From an uncultured Peptococcaceae bacterium (lineage in GTDB: Bacteria; Bacillota; Peptococcia; Peptococcales; Peptococcaceae): DNA of 64,000 nucleotides. Of this stretch, positions 41,777 to 51,241 are shown in pieces. How positions within the stretch are numbered: the stretch's first letter is position 1; the number at the start of each line of letters is the position of its first letter. Under the pieces are notes generated by a model. The model saw only the letters and a list, made by a program, of their open reading frames with translations, ran no database searches and had not been told where the DNA came from. Position numbers and translations under genes: made by a program. The stretch is from contig CAUDRX010000001.1 of the NCBI GenBank assembly GCA_958451915.1, positions 31,381-95,380 of the forward strand. The letters are read 5' to 3'.

Positions 41777-44695
41777 ATGAAAGTGAATGATATCATTTCC
41801 GGCTTCCGCCTTGTGGAAGAGCGGCCAGTGCCGGAAACAGACAGCCTGGGCCGTCTCTTCGTCCACGAAAAGACCGGGGCACGCCTGCTCCAGCTGGCCA
41901 ACAGCGACACCAACAAGGTCTTTGGCATAGGCTTCCGCACGCCATCGGCCAACAGCACCGGCGTGGCCCACATCCTCGAGCACAGCGTGCTCAACGGTTC
42001 GGAAAAATACCGCACGAAGGAGCCATTCATGGACCTTCTGCGCACGAGCCTGTCCACCTTCCTCAATGCCATGACCTTCTCAGACAAAACGATCTACCCG
42101 GTCGCCAGTCAGAATGACAAGGATTTTGACCACCTCATGGACGTCTACCTCGATGCCGTCTTTCATCCGGCGATCTATACGCGCAAGGAGATCTTCCTGC
42201 AGGAAGGCTGGCATTATCACATCGAAGCACCGGAAGACCCGCTGACCTATCGCGGCGTCGTCTACAACGAGATGCGCGGCGCCCTTTCCAGCGCCGATGC
42301 ACAGGTGGCCGATGCCATCCTCTCGGCGCTCTATCCGGACACCATCTATGGCAAGGAGAGCGGCGGCGATCCTTACGAGATCCCATCCCTTTCTTATGAA
42401 GCTTTTCTCGATTTTCACCGTAGACTCTACCATCCTTGCAACAGCTACATCTTCATCTATGGTGACGGCGACATCGAACGCTTCCTTGCGCATATCGACG
42501 GTGAATACCTGAGCACGTTCGAGGCTGCCGAAGTCGACAGCCACATCGACTGGCAGCAGGCCTTTTCGGCTGCGAAAACAGTGGAGACCCATTATTCCGT
42601 GGCGCCGGATGCAGAAACGGCAGGCAAGGACATCCTCGCCTATGCGGTATCTCTGGGCACCCGCCGCGAGCCGACCGATATCTTTGTGGAAGAGGTTTTG
42701 AGCGAGGTCCTCGTTGATTCTCAGGCTGGGCCTGTGAAGAACGCGCTCCTTGCGGCCGGCATCGGTGAAGACGTTTCTGCGTTCTCCAATGACGGCCTGC
42801 AGATCCCTTTTGGCATCGTCGCCAAGGAGACCGATGCCGCGAAACAGGCCGATTTTGTGCACATTATCGAAGAGACGCTGCGCGGACTGGTGCGTGATGG
42901 CATTGATAAGGACCTGCTCACCGCAGCAGTGAACAAGATGGAATATACCCTGCGTGAAGCGGAAGGGTATACCACCCGCGGTATCATTTATTACATCAAT
43001 GCCTTTGAGACCTGGCTCTATGACGGCGATCCTTTTGATGCCCTGCGCTACAACGGCCCTCTGGCTGAACTGCGCGCCAACATCGAAAGCGACTATTTCG
43101 AACGTTACATCCAGGAACGCATCCTCGATAACCCACACAAGGTCATCCTCACTGCCAGACCGGACCCAGGCATGAATGATCGTAAAGATGCTGCCGTGAC
43201 CCAGGCCCTCGCCGAATACAAGGCCGGTCTTTCAGAGGCAGAAGTGGCTGCGCTCGTTGAGGAGACACAGCGCCTCCTGGCACGCCAGAACAGCGACGAC
43301 ACGCCGGAAGAAAAGGCCACGATCCCCCACCTCGAGCGCGAGGATGTCACCGGCAGTTTCCCGGTGATCCCCTGCGAAGAAGAGACCATCGCCGGTGTCA
43401 CAGTGCTGCATCATCCGCTCTTTACCGCGGGCATCGATTACACCGACATGCTGCTCTCTCTCGACCATATCGAGGTGGCAGATCTGCCATATGTGGCGCT
43501 TCTGACAAGCCTTATCGGCGCTGTGGACACGGCCCGGCACAGCTACAGCGACCTCAGCACCGCTGAATATCTGACCAGCGGCGGCATCCGCATCACCAGC
43601 CGTGTCATCCAGGACGTTCATGATCCGGATCTGTTCACCCATCGTCTGCTCGTTTCCTCCAAGACACTGAGCCCGGACGACGAAGCGGGCTTTCTGGCAC
43701 TGGCCTGGGAACAGCTCACCGAGAGCGACTTTACCGACAAGAAGCGTTTCCGCGAGGTCGTGCAGATGCTCAAAAACCAGATGCAGACCGGCATCTTCCA
43801 GCAGGGGCACACTGTTGTGGCTGGCCGCGTGACCGCTTATCACAGTGCCTACAGCCGTTTCAGCGAGATGCTCAACGGTCTCGATCTGCTCTTCTTCCTG
43901 CAGGAATTGGATAATCATTTTGACGAACGTTTCGAGGAAACGCTGGCGCGCATCCAGGGCCTTTATGCCAAGCTCCTGACACGGCGCGGCATGATCGTTT
44001 CGGTTACCGGAAGCGACGAGGATTATCAGGCGATCCGTCCGCTCCTGGCCGACTGGCTCGGGAAGATCCCGGATGTTGACTATCCGCACGCTGACTGGCA
44101 GGTGCCGGTGGAAGTGCTCAACGAAGGCATCCAGTCTTCGGCCAACGTGCAGTACGTGGCCAAGGGCGCTGATCTGCGCCCGCTCGGCGTGCGTTACAGC
44201 GGGGTGCTGGAAGTGCTCTCCAACGTGCTCACCAACGACTACCTTTATAACAACATCCGTGCCAAAGGCGGCGCCTACGGTCAGGGCATCCGTTTCAGCC
44301 GCAACGGCAGCGTCAGCTGCTATTCCTACCGCGATCCGAACCTCGAGAACACCATCGCCATCTACGATGGCATGGCTGACTGGCTGGAGGCGCTGGAGCT
44401 TGACGACGCGGCACTCACCAGCTACATCATCGGTGTGATGAATCGGTTCAATCCGGTGATGACAGCCCGCGCTCAGGGCAGCTGGTCCCTTATGAGCCGT
44501 CTGAACGGCACCACCCGCGAGGATATCGTAAAGGCGCAGGAAGAGGCTCTGGCTACGACCCTCGGGGATCTCAAGCGTTATGCCCCGGCGCTGCGCCAGG
44601 CCATGGGCGAAGACCATCTCTGTGTGCTCGGTGCTTCGAGCCGTGTCAAAGCAGCCGCCGGCCTTTTCAGGAACGTCATCAGGCTCGAGAACTGA
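41777..44695 (+). CDS. M16C insulinase-family zinc metallopeptidase (PreP-like)
   Basis: GAAGGGAG precedes ATG 41777. HxxEH zinc site GVAHILEHSVLNGS. About 970 aa, the four-domain size of M16C. Confidence 0.88.
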   Translation: MKVNDIISGFRLVEERPVPETDSLGRLFVHEKTGARLLQLANSDTNKVFGIGFRTPSANSTGVAHILEHSVLNGSEKYRTKEPFMDLLRTSLSTFLNAMTFSDKTIYPVASQNDKDFDHLMDVYLDAVFHPAIYTRKEIFLQEGWHYHIEAPEDPLTYRGVVYNEMRGALSSADAQVADAILSALYPDTIYGKESGGDPYEIPSLSYEAFLDFHRRLYHPCNSYIFIYGDGDIERFLAHIDGEYLSTFEAAEVDSHIDWQQAFSAAKTVETHYSVAPDAETAGKDILAYAVSLGTRREPTDIFVEEVLSEVLVDSQAGPVKNALLAAGIGEDVSAFSNDGLQIPFGIVAKETDAAKQADFVHIIEETLRGLVRDGIDKDLLTAAVNKMEYTLREAEGYTTRGIIYYINAFETWLYDGDPFDALRYNGPLAELRANIESDYFERYIQERILDNPHKVILTARPDPGMNDRKDAAVTQALAEYKAGLSEAEVAALVEETQRLLARQNSDDTPEEKATIPHLEREDVTGSFPVIPCEEETIAGVTVLHHPLFTAGIDYTDMLLSLDHIEVADLPYVALLTSLIGAVDTARHSYSDLSTAEYLTSGGIRITSRVIQDVHDPDLFTHRLLVSSKTLSPDDEAGFLALAWEQLTESDFTDKKRFREVVQMLKNQMQTGIFQQGHTVVAGRVTAYHSAYSRFSEMLNGLDLLFFLQELDNHFDERFEETLARIQGLYAKLLTRRGMIVSVTGSDEDYQAIRPLLADWLGKIPDVDYPHADWQVPVEVLNEGIQSSANVQYVAKGADLRPLGVRYSGVLEVLSNVLTNDYLYNNIRAKGGAYGQGIRFSRNGSVSCYSYRDPNLENTIAIYDGMADWLEALELDDAALTSYIIGVMNRFNPVMTARAQGSWSLMSRLNGTTREDIVKAQEEALATTLGDLKRYAPALRQAMGEDHLCVLGASSRVKAAAGLFRNVIRLEN

Positions 44696-44717
44696 ATAAC
44701 GTTTTGTAAGACCTGCC

Positions 44718-44747
44718 AAAGACCACAGGATTTCTGTGGTCTTTTTT
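44718..44747 (+). terminator. intrinsic terminator
   Basis: AAAGACCACAG-gatttc-TGTGGTCTTTTTT. Confidence 0.85.
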
Positions 44748-44854
44748 ACATTGTCGCAGAGGCGGTGAACAATTGGTTGTCACTGCTGGGGGCTTGTGAT
44801 AAAATTTATTTGATTTGCATTTTTGAACAAGAACTCTAGAGGAGCGTGAAATAC

Positions 44855-46396
44855 GTGTCAGATAATCACAATCAGAGCGATCTGCGAACGCCTTCTGCCG
44901 GCACGCCAGCCTCGTCTGATCTGCCGCCGTTCGAGCGTATCATGCAGGAGCGCGCAGCTGCGGAAGCGGCTAAGAAGGCTCAGGCCGCAGATACCCCGGA
45001 TCAGTGGGCGACGCGTCCGATGACGCTGGCGGAAAAGGCCGCTCAGCGCGCCGAAGAACGCGAGGCTGCTGCCCGTGCGAAAGCAGATGCTGCCGCCGCG
45101 GCCAAGGCAGAAAAGGCTGCTTCGGAAGCAGCCGCAGCGCAGGAAGAAGCGTCTGAGGATGTCGCAGAGGAAGCGGCCGCCGTCCAGGATGCTCCACGCC
45201 AGGAAGCTGTGCCGCAGGCAGAGCGCCCGGCGCCGCAGCGCACGCGCACCACAACTGCGCCAGCGCAAAAACGGCCAGCCGGCGCTGCCGCTGCCAGCAG
45301 TCAGAAACCGCCGGCTAAGCGCCGCCGCAGAGCGCGCCGCCAGTTCCCATGGATGGCATGCATCCTGCTCATCTGCATCGCTGTCATCGCTGTTGCTGCC
45401 GTGCACTTCACCCGCAACTGGGTGGTCCCGCCGAATGCCAGTGATACCAGCATCGTCGAAGTCGAGATCCCGGAAGGGGCCACTGTCAGTGACATGGGTG
45501 CTCAGCTCGAAGAACAGGGCCTTATCCGCAGTGCCGGTTCCTTCAGTCTTTATGTGCGCCTGACCGGTACCGCCCAAAACCTTCAGGCCGGGGTACACAG
45601 ACTGTCGCCGTCCATGACCCTGGGCGAAGTCGTCTCCAGCCTTCAGGAAGGCGCTGCTGAAGCCGGGCTGGATAAGGTAACGGTCAACGAAGGCCTGACG
45701 GTCGATCAGATCGGGGACGTTGTCGCTGAGAGCACAAGCTACAGCAAAGAGGATTTCATGGCGCTCATGACTGATGACGCCTTCCTGCAGCAGCTTGTCA
45801 GCGAGTATCCGATCCTCACAGATGCCTACAATACGCCAAACGTCCGTTATGTGCTGGAAGGCTATCTCTTCCCGGCAACCTATGATTTCAATGACGAAGA
45901 TGGCCTCGAATCCCTCGTGCGCCAGATGGTCTCCAAGACTGACGAAGTTCTCGCCAAGTATCAGGCAGACATCGATGCTTCCAGTTACAATGTGCAGCAG
46001 CTTATGAGCATCGCTTCCCTTGTTGAGAAAGAAGGGATGACCACCGAAGACCGCAAGCTCATCGCCGGTGTTTTCTACAACCGCCTCGAGCAGGGTATGG
46101 CCATCCAGTCGGACATCAGTGTGCTCTATGCGCTGAACACCCACAAAGAGATGGTCAGCTATGAAGACCTTGAAGTGGATTCTCCATATAACCTCTATCT
46201 CAACACAGGCCTGCCGCCAGGACCGATGAACAGTCCGAGCGAAGATGCCATTGTGGCTGCATTGGAACCGACAGACAGCGACTACATCTATTTCTATGCC
46301 AACCTCAAGACCGGTGAAGTCTTCTACACCGCTGATTATGAACAGCATCTGGCCTGGCAGGAGGAATATGAAGAAACGGGTGATATCCAGGGCTGA
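44855..46396 (+). CDS. mltG: endolytic murein transglycosylase MltG (YceG) with long Ala/Glu-rich N-terminal extension
   Basis: YceG motifs IASLVEKEGMTTEDRKLIAGVFYNRL and YNLYLNTGLPPGPMNSP; single TM. The start is GTG 44855 (10 nt after GGAG) or GTG 44846. Confidence 0.88.
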   Translation: MSDNHNQSDLRTPSAGTPASSDLPPFERIMQERAAAEAAKKAQAADTPDQWATRPMTLAEKAAQRAEEREAAARAKADAAAAAKAEKAASEAAAAQEEASEDVAEEAAAVQDAPRQEAVPQAERPAPQRTRTTTAPAQKRPAGAAAASSQKPPAKRRRRARRQFPWMACILLICIAVIAVAAVHFTRNWVVPPNASDTSIVEVEIPEGATVSDMGAQLEEQGLIRSAGSFSLYVRLTGTAQNLQAGVHRLSPSMTLGEVVSSLQEGAAEAGLDKVTVNEGLTVDQIGDVVAESTSYSKEDFMALMTDDAFLQQLVSEYPILTDAYNTPNVRYVLEGYLFPATYDFNDEDGLESLVRQMVSKTDEVLAKYQADIDASSYNVQQLMSIASLVEKEGMTTEDRKLIAGVFYNRLEQGMAIQSDISVLYALNTHKEMVSYEDLEVDSPYNLYLNTGLPPGPMNSPSEDAIVAALEPTDSDYIYFYANLKTGEVFYTADYEQHLAWQEEYEETGDIQG

Positions 46397-46452
46397 CACG
46401 CATGGGGGCGTGCAGTCCGGCAATGGTGAAGTGATTTTGAAGAGGGGATAAC

Positions 46453-48417
46453 GTGAAAAAAGAAACTTCCCACAAAGCTTATTATCCGGCACTGGATGGG
46501 ATCAGGGTCTTTGCCATGCTGGCGATCCTGATCTACCACTATGCGCCTCACCGCCTCAGCGGCGGTTTTATCGGTGTTGATCTCTTCTTCGTCGTGAGCG
46601 GCTTTCTCCTGGCGAGGAGCCTGATGAAGTGGGAGATCAAGGATTTTGCGAGCACTTATGTGGCTTACCTGATCAAGCGCGTGCTGCGTTTGGGGGTGCC
46701 GCTGTTGGTGGTGTTCCTGCTTTCGGTCTCAGTGATCAACATCTTTTTTCCGGATCTGCTCTATAACATCCGTGGGGCACTGCTCTCCAGTCTGCTGTAT
46801 TTCAACAACTGGTGGCAGATCAACCTCGGCTATTCCTATTTTGAACAATATGTGCATCCGTCCGCCTTTACACATCTCTGGTATGTGGCGGTACTGATGC
46901 AGCTTTCCATCGTCTGGCCGCTCCTTATCGTGCTGATGCGCCGGCTCCGAAAGGGCCCGTTCGCCATCTGCGCGGTGCAGCTCGTGCTGGCTGTCGTGAG
47001 TGCAGTGCTCATGGGCGTGCTCTATGGCGGCGATGGCGATCCATCCCGCGTTTATTACGGCACCGACACCCGTCTTTACGCTTTCGCGCTGGGCGGGGCA
47101 CTGGGCACGATCTGGCGGCCGCAGAAGATCTTCGAGCGCAACGGCAAACGGGTAGCGCTCCTGGGCGATCTTTTGGCAGTCGCTGGCATTGCGGCCCTTG
47201 TTGTGCTGGCGCTGCGCCTGCAGGACCAGAGTCTCTGGACCTATCGCGGCGGCATGTTCCTGGCAGCCTTTGCGTCCGTAGTGGCTACCGCCGGGCTGAC
47301 CCTTCCAGGGAGTTTTATCGGCCGTATCCTTGGCTGGCAGGGGCTGGCCTTCCTTGGTAAATGCACGTTCAGCACCTATCTCTGGTATTATCCCGTGCTC
47401 ACCATGGGTAATATGAACAGCTTCCTGGCTGCCCACAAGTGGATCCAGTGGCTGATCCTTCTGGTGCTCTCGGTGGTCACTTACCTTGTCGTGGAGCAGG
47501 GCTTCGTCAGCAAGATCACGAGAGGCCAGCTGCCTGATAAAGCGCGCATCGGTCGCTGGCTCGCTTCTGTTGCTACAAATAAGTGGCATTTTACAGCCGT
47601 TGTGCTCACGGTTGCGATGATCGTCTCCAGCATCTTCGGTTTCGCCCGCGCCACAAGCGGTGAAAATGAGACCGTTGCTGAGATGCAGGCACAGATCGCT
47701 GCCAACCAGGAGCTCCTTGCCAAGCAGCAGGCGATTAAGGAGCGTAACGAACAGGCCACTGTCCAGGACATCCCTTACCTCGACCGTTCGGTGATGCTCT
47801 TCTGCCGTGAGCTTCCGGTCACTTTCATCGGTGACTCCATCCTGCTCGGTGCTGCCGCACCGCTGACTGAGGTCTTTCCGCAGTCTTACATCGATGGTAA
47901 GGTCGGCCGCCAGCTCAGCCAGTCGGGAGATGTCGTGCAGAGCCTGCTCGATGCCGGTCAGATGTATGACAACGTCGTCATCGTCCTTGGATCCAACGGG
48001 CCATTCACCGAAGAGCAGCTTGACAGTCTCATGAGCATGCTCGGCGACCGCCAGGTCTACCTCATGAACACCAAGGTGCCGCGTGAGTGGCAGGATCAGG
48101 TCAACAGTATGCTCCAGGCCTACGCCGATAAGAGCAAGAAGGACAACTTCCACCTCATCGACTGGAAGAGCTTCATCGATCAGCATCCGGAATGGCTCTA
48201 CACCGACGGCACCCATCCAACGCCGGAAGGTGCAGAACAGTTCGCCAAGCTCATCGCTGACGCCCTCTATGAGGATCTCGCCAGCGAGGAACGCAAGGAG
48301 AAAGACAAGCTCGCCGACGAAGCAGCTGCTGAAGAAGCAGCCGCTCAGCAGGAGGCGGACGCCGCAGCAGCCGCTGATGCTGATACAGCGGAAGCCGATG
48401 CCAACACCGCAGCGTAA
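46453..48417 (+). CDS. OatA-like acyltransferase: Acyl_transf_3 membrane domain fused to SGNH hydrolase domain
   Basis: ALDGIRVFAMLAILIYH N-terminus and about 10 TM helices. C-terminal SGNH block VTFIGDSILLGA. Ala/Glu/Asp-rich tail. Confidence 0.85.
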   Translation: MKKETSHKAYYPALDGIRVFAMLAILIYHYAPHRLSGGFIGVDLFFVVSGFLLARSLMKWEIKDFASTYVAYLIKRVLRLGVPLLVVFLLSVSVINIFFPDLLYNIRGALLSSLLYFNNWWQINLGYSYFEQYVHPSAFTHLWYVAVLMQLSIVWPLLIVLMRRLRKGPFAICAVQLVLAVVSAVLMGVLYGGDGDPSRVYYGTDTRLYAFALGGALGTIWRPQKIFERNGKRVALLGDLLAVAGIAALVVLALRLQDQSLWTYRGGMFLAAFASVVATAGLTLPGSFIGRILGWQGLAFLGKCTFSTYLWYYPVLTMGNMNSFLAAHKWIQWLILLVLSVVTYLVVEQGFVSKITRGQLPDKARIGRWLASVATNKWHFTAVVLTVAMIVSSIFGFARATSGENETVAEMQAQIAANQELLAKQQAIKERNEQATVQDIPYLDRSVMLFCRELPVTFIGDSILLGAAAPLTEVFPQSYIDGKVGRQLSQSGDVVQSLLDAGQMYDNVVIVLGSNGPFTEEQLDSLMSMLGDRQVYLMNTKVPREWQDQVNSMLQAYADKSKKDNFHLIDWKSFIDQHPEWLYTDGTHPTPEGAEQFAKLIADALYEDLASEERKEKDKLADEAAAEEAAAQQEADAAAAADADTAEADANTAA

Positions 48418-48428
48418 CGATCATACAC

Positions 48429-48461
48429 AAAGACGTCAGGATCTTCCTGGCGTCTTTTTTT
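48429..48461 (+). terminator. intrinsic terminator
   Basis: AAGACGTCAGG-atctt-CCTGGCGTCTTTTTTT (one G-T pair). Confidence 0.8.
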
Positions 48462-48629
48462 GTTCGGTGGCTGTGTTAGTACAGGCGTGCTTTTTTCAAA
48501 AACTGGTGAAAATTTTTCATCCAGCCATTGCAACACCGCCGCCGGAGGATTATAATACAATAGATGTTAGAAAACCGCGGCGTGATATATAACAGCGATC
48601 GCGGATACGATAAAAGGAGTGTATTACTA

Positions 48630-49760
48630 ATGAGCAACAGTTACAGTGTCGCTTTGCCTCAATACACGATCGGGGCAGATTGTTATGAAAAGATCCCATA
48701 TTTTGCACGCTATTATGGCAACAAAGCCGTAGTCATCGGTGGGGAGACCGCCATGGCCAAGTCCAGGGACGCGCTGCTCGAAGGCGTTAAGGACAGCGAC
48801 ATCGAGATCCTTGATTTCATCTGGTATGGTGGTAATTCGACCTATGAAAACGGCGACAAACTCATTGCCAACCCAACAGTACAGCAGGCAGACATCCTCT
48901 TTGGTGTTGGCGGCGGCCGTGCCTGCGATACCGTAAAATATGTCGCCGATAAATTGGACAAACCACTCTTTCTCTTCCCAACCGTCGGCTCCAACTGCGC
49001 GTCCGTGACCGCCATCGGCGTCATGTACAACCCAGACGGCACCTTCCGCGATTACTATTATCCAAAGATCGCTGAACACACCTTCATCAACACCCAGGTC
49101 ATCGCCGAGTCCCCATCTGAAATGCTCTGGGCCGGCATTGGCGACGCCCTCTCCAAGGAATGTGAAGCCGATCTCTCCAGCCGCGGCGCAGACCTCACGC
49201 ACACGCCAATGATGGGCGTCACCCTTTCCAAAGTCTGCACCGATCCGCTGCTCACCTACGGCAAGGAAGCCCTCGCCAGCGCCAAGGAAGGCAAGGACAG
49301 CGAAGCCCTGCGTCAGGTCGTTCTCGACATCATCATTTCCACCGGCATCGTTTCCAACATGGTTACCAACATGCCAGAATACTACTACAATTCCTCCCTT
49401 GCACACTGCGTCTACTATGGCGTCAATGCGCTTCCTGCCGGTGAAAAGCATCGCCATGGTGAAGTCGTCTCCCTCGGCGTGCTCTGCCTTTTGACCTACG
49501 ACAAACAGTTCCAGATGCGCGACCGCGTCATGCAGTTCAACTATGACCTGGGGCTCCCAATCTGCTTCGAAGACATCGATGTCACCCCAGAAGAATTCCA
49601 GATCATCGCTGACAAAGCCGTTGGCGCAGAAGAATGGAAGTTCCGTTCCAAAGACATCACCAAGGAAAATTTCCTCCAGTGCCTCAAGGATCAGGACGCT
49701 GCCGGCCGTGCCTTTAAAGAAAAAATGGCTGAGCGTGAAAAAGAAGAAGCCAACGCATAA
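48630..49760 (+). CDS. iron-containing alcohol dehydrogenase family protein (glycerol-dehydrogenase-like)
   Basis: AAAAGGAG precedes ATG 48630. GVGGGRACDTVKY; metal-ligand contexts GIGDALSK, LAHCVYYG and HRHGEVVS. Confidence 0.85.
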   Translation: MSNSYSVALPQYTIGADCYEKIPYFARYYGNKAVVIGGETAMAKSRDALLEGVKDSDIEILDFIWYGGNSTYENGDKLIANPTVQQADILFGVGGGRACDTVKYVADKLDKPLFLFPTVGSNCASVTAIGVMYNPDGTFRDYYYPKIAEHTFINTQVIAESPSEMLWAGIGDALSKECEADLSSRGADLTHTPMMGVTLSKVCTDPLLTYGKEALASAKEGKDSEALRQVVLDIIISTGIVSNMVTNMPEYYYNSSLAHCVYYGVNALPAGEKHRHGEVVSLGVLCLLTYDKQFQMRDRVMQFNYDLGLPICFEDIDVTPEEFQIIADKAVGAEEWKFRSKDITKENFLQCLKDQDAAGRAFKEKMAEREKEEANA

Positions 49761-49781
49761 ATACACAAACGCACCACGCTA

Positions 49782-49810
49782 TTGACAGCCGCGCGTCCAT
49801 CGCGTACACT
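49782..49810 (+). promoter_or_regulatory. sigma-70-type promoter of the ribU leader
   Basis: TTGACA (49782-49787), 17 nt, TACACT (49805-49810). Confidence 0.65.
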
Positions 49811-49832
49811 AAAATCAACAACATATCATTCG

Positions 49833-50077
49833 AAAATCTTCGGGGCGGGGTGAGCAAGTGCCGGTGGTACTTAAGGTTGCGAACCGACCGAGGCGGAAGC
49901 CGAGATTGAGCGACTGCCATACTTGCAATTCCCCACCGGCGGTATAGTCCGCGAGCGCAAGAGCGCCTTTTTGAGAAGGCCGCGCATGAACCGGTGTGAT
50001 TCCGGTACCGACAGTATAGTCTGGATGAGAGAAGATCATGTCCCTGGGATTTTTCTATTGGCCCAGGGACATTTTTT
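49833..50077 (+). promoter_or_regulatory. FMN riboswitch (RFN element) with terminator expression platform
   Basis: P1 ATCTTC (49836-49841) pairs with GAAGAT (50031-50036). Conserved cores GGGGCGGGGTGA..AATTCCCCACCGGCGGTATAGTCCGCGAGC..CCGGTGTGATTCCGGTACCGACAGTATAGTCTGGATGAGAGAAGAT. Terminator ATGTCCCTGGG/CCCAGGGACAT plus T6 (50038-50077). Confidence 0.88.
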
Positions 50078-50105
50078 GTTCTCCGGCCAGAAAGGAGAAT
50101 CTACT

Positions 50106-50744
50106 ATGACCCAACGTCGCAATTCTGTTAAAACTGTCGCCTTTGTCGGGGTGCTCGGCGCCCTTTCCTGTGTGCTGATGCTGCTGCGCTTCCCAGTGCC
50201 GCTCGTGCCAAGCTTCTATGAGTTTGACATTGCCGAGCTGCCGGCGCTATTCGCTGGCTTTTTCCTCGGTCCGGTCGCCGGCTGCGCGGTTGTCTTTGTA
50301 AAGATCGTGCTCAAGCTCATCTTTCAGGGCTCTGCCACTTTTGGTATTGGCGATCTTTCCAACCTCATCGGCAGCATGGTCTTCATCCTCACAGCCTCTC
50401 TCATCTATCGCCGCATGCACACCAAAAAAGGCGCCCTCATCGCCCTCTCCGTGTCCACCCTCGTTGTCAGCATCGTTTATGTGTTCCTGAACGCCTACAT
50501 CATGCTGCCGATGTACGCCAGCGTTTACGGCCTGCCGATCGATACCATCGTTGATATGGGCCACGCCGTCAACCCATGGGTCACCGACACCCTCACCCTC
50601 ATGATCTTCGCCGTCTTCCCATTCAACCTCCTCAAGCACGGCGTCACCGCCCTCCTCGCTTACCTCCTTTATAAACGCGCAGGCAACGCCCTCCGCAATA
50701 TGATGGGTCTCGCACCTGACCGCACCGTCAGAAAGACCGCATAG
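50106..50744 (+). CDS. ribU: ECF-transporter S component for riboflavin (RibU)
   Basis: AAAGGAG precedes ATG 50106. VAFVGVLGALSCVLMLLRFPVPLVPSFYEFDIAELPALFAGFFLGPVAG. Lies directly downstream of the FMN riboswitch. Confidence 0.88.
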   Translation: MTQRRNSVKTVAFVGVLGALSCVLMLLRFPVPLVPSFYEFDIAELPALFAGFFLGPVAGCAVVFVKIVLKLIFQGSATFGIGDLSNLIGSMVFILTASLIYRRMHTKKGALIALSVSTLVVSIVYVFLNAYIMLPMYASVYGLPIDTIVDMGHAVNPWVTDTLTLMIFAVFPFNLLKHGVTALLAYLLYKRAGNALRNMMGLAPDRTVRKTA

Positions 50745-50751
50745 AATATGC

Positions 50752-50785
50752 AAAGCCCTTCGCCATCAGGCGAAGGGCTTTTTTG
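50752..50785 (+). terminator. intrinsic terminator
   Basis: AAAGCCCTTCGCC-atca-GGCGAAGGGCTTTTTT. Confidence 0.88.
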
Positions 50786-51241
50786 TACGCTGCATGCACG
50801 ATGTGACGCACACACAAAGCAGCCGACTGTGTATGGGCGATGTGAAGTGTGCGGATCGTAGTGCTTTGTAAGCAGAATGGACTGGCGATTTGAATGGCAT
50901 TTGGGGCGATATGGACATTTTGTCGGCCATGGGAATGGGGGCATATTAGCGTGTCATAAGAAGCGCGCATAGGAAACAGAGTAACATAAGAAAAAATATT
51001 GCATAAACGACGATAAAATTCTGAAAAAGTTGGCACGAAATCTTAAAATTGTGTTATAATACCCCTATATTTTTGGTGATTTTAAGGATGAGGTGTCCGC
51101 GTTTCACATAATGACCATTTCGTCAGTATTTATCCGCGGCTGTCGCACCCTGAAACACCAACATCACAGCGTCCGTCCATTCTCTGACGCGCTGCTGTGT
51201 TGATATATATAGAACAAAATCATGATAAGGAGTTGAACGAA

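Noticed and set aside
49923-50105. N-terminal 61-codon extension of the ribU ORF given in the track.
   Set aside because: The extension runs through the FMN aptamer and its terminator. A good Shine-Dalgarno sequence (AAAGGAG) precedes ATG 50106, and the RibU similarity starts there.
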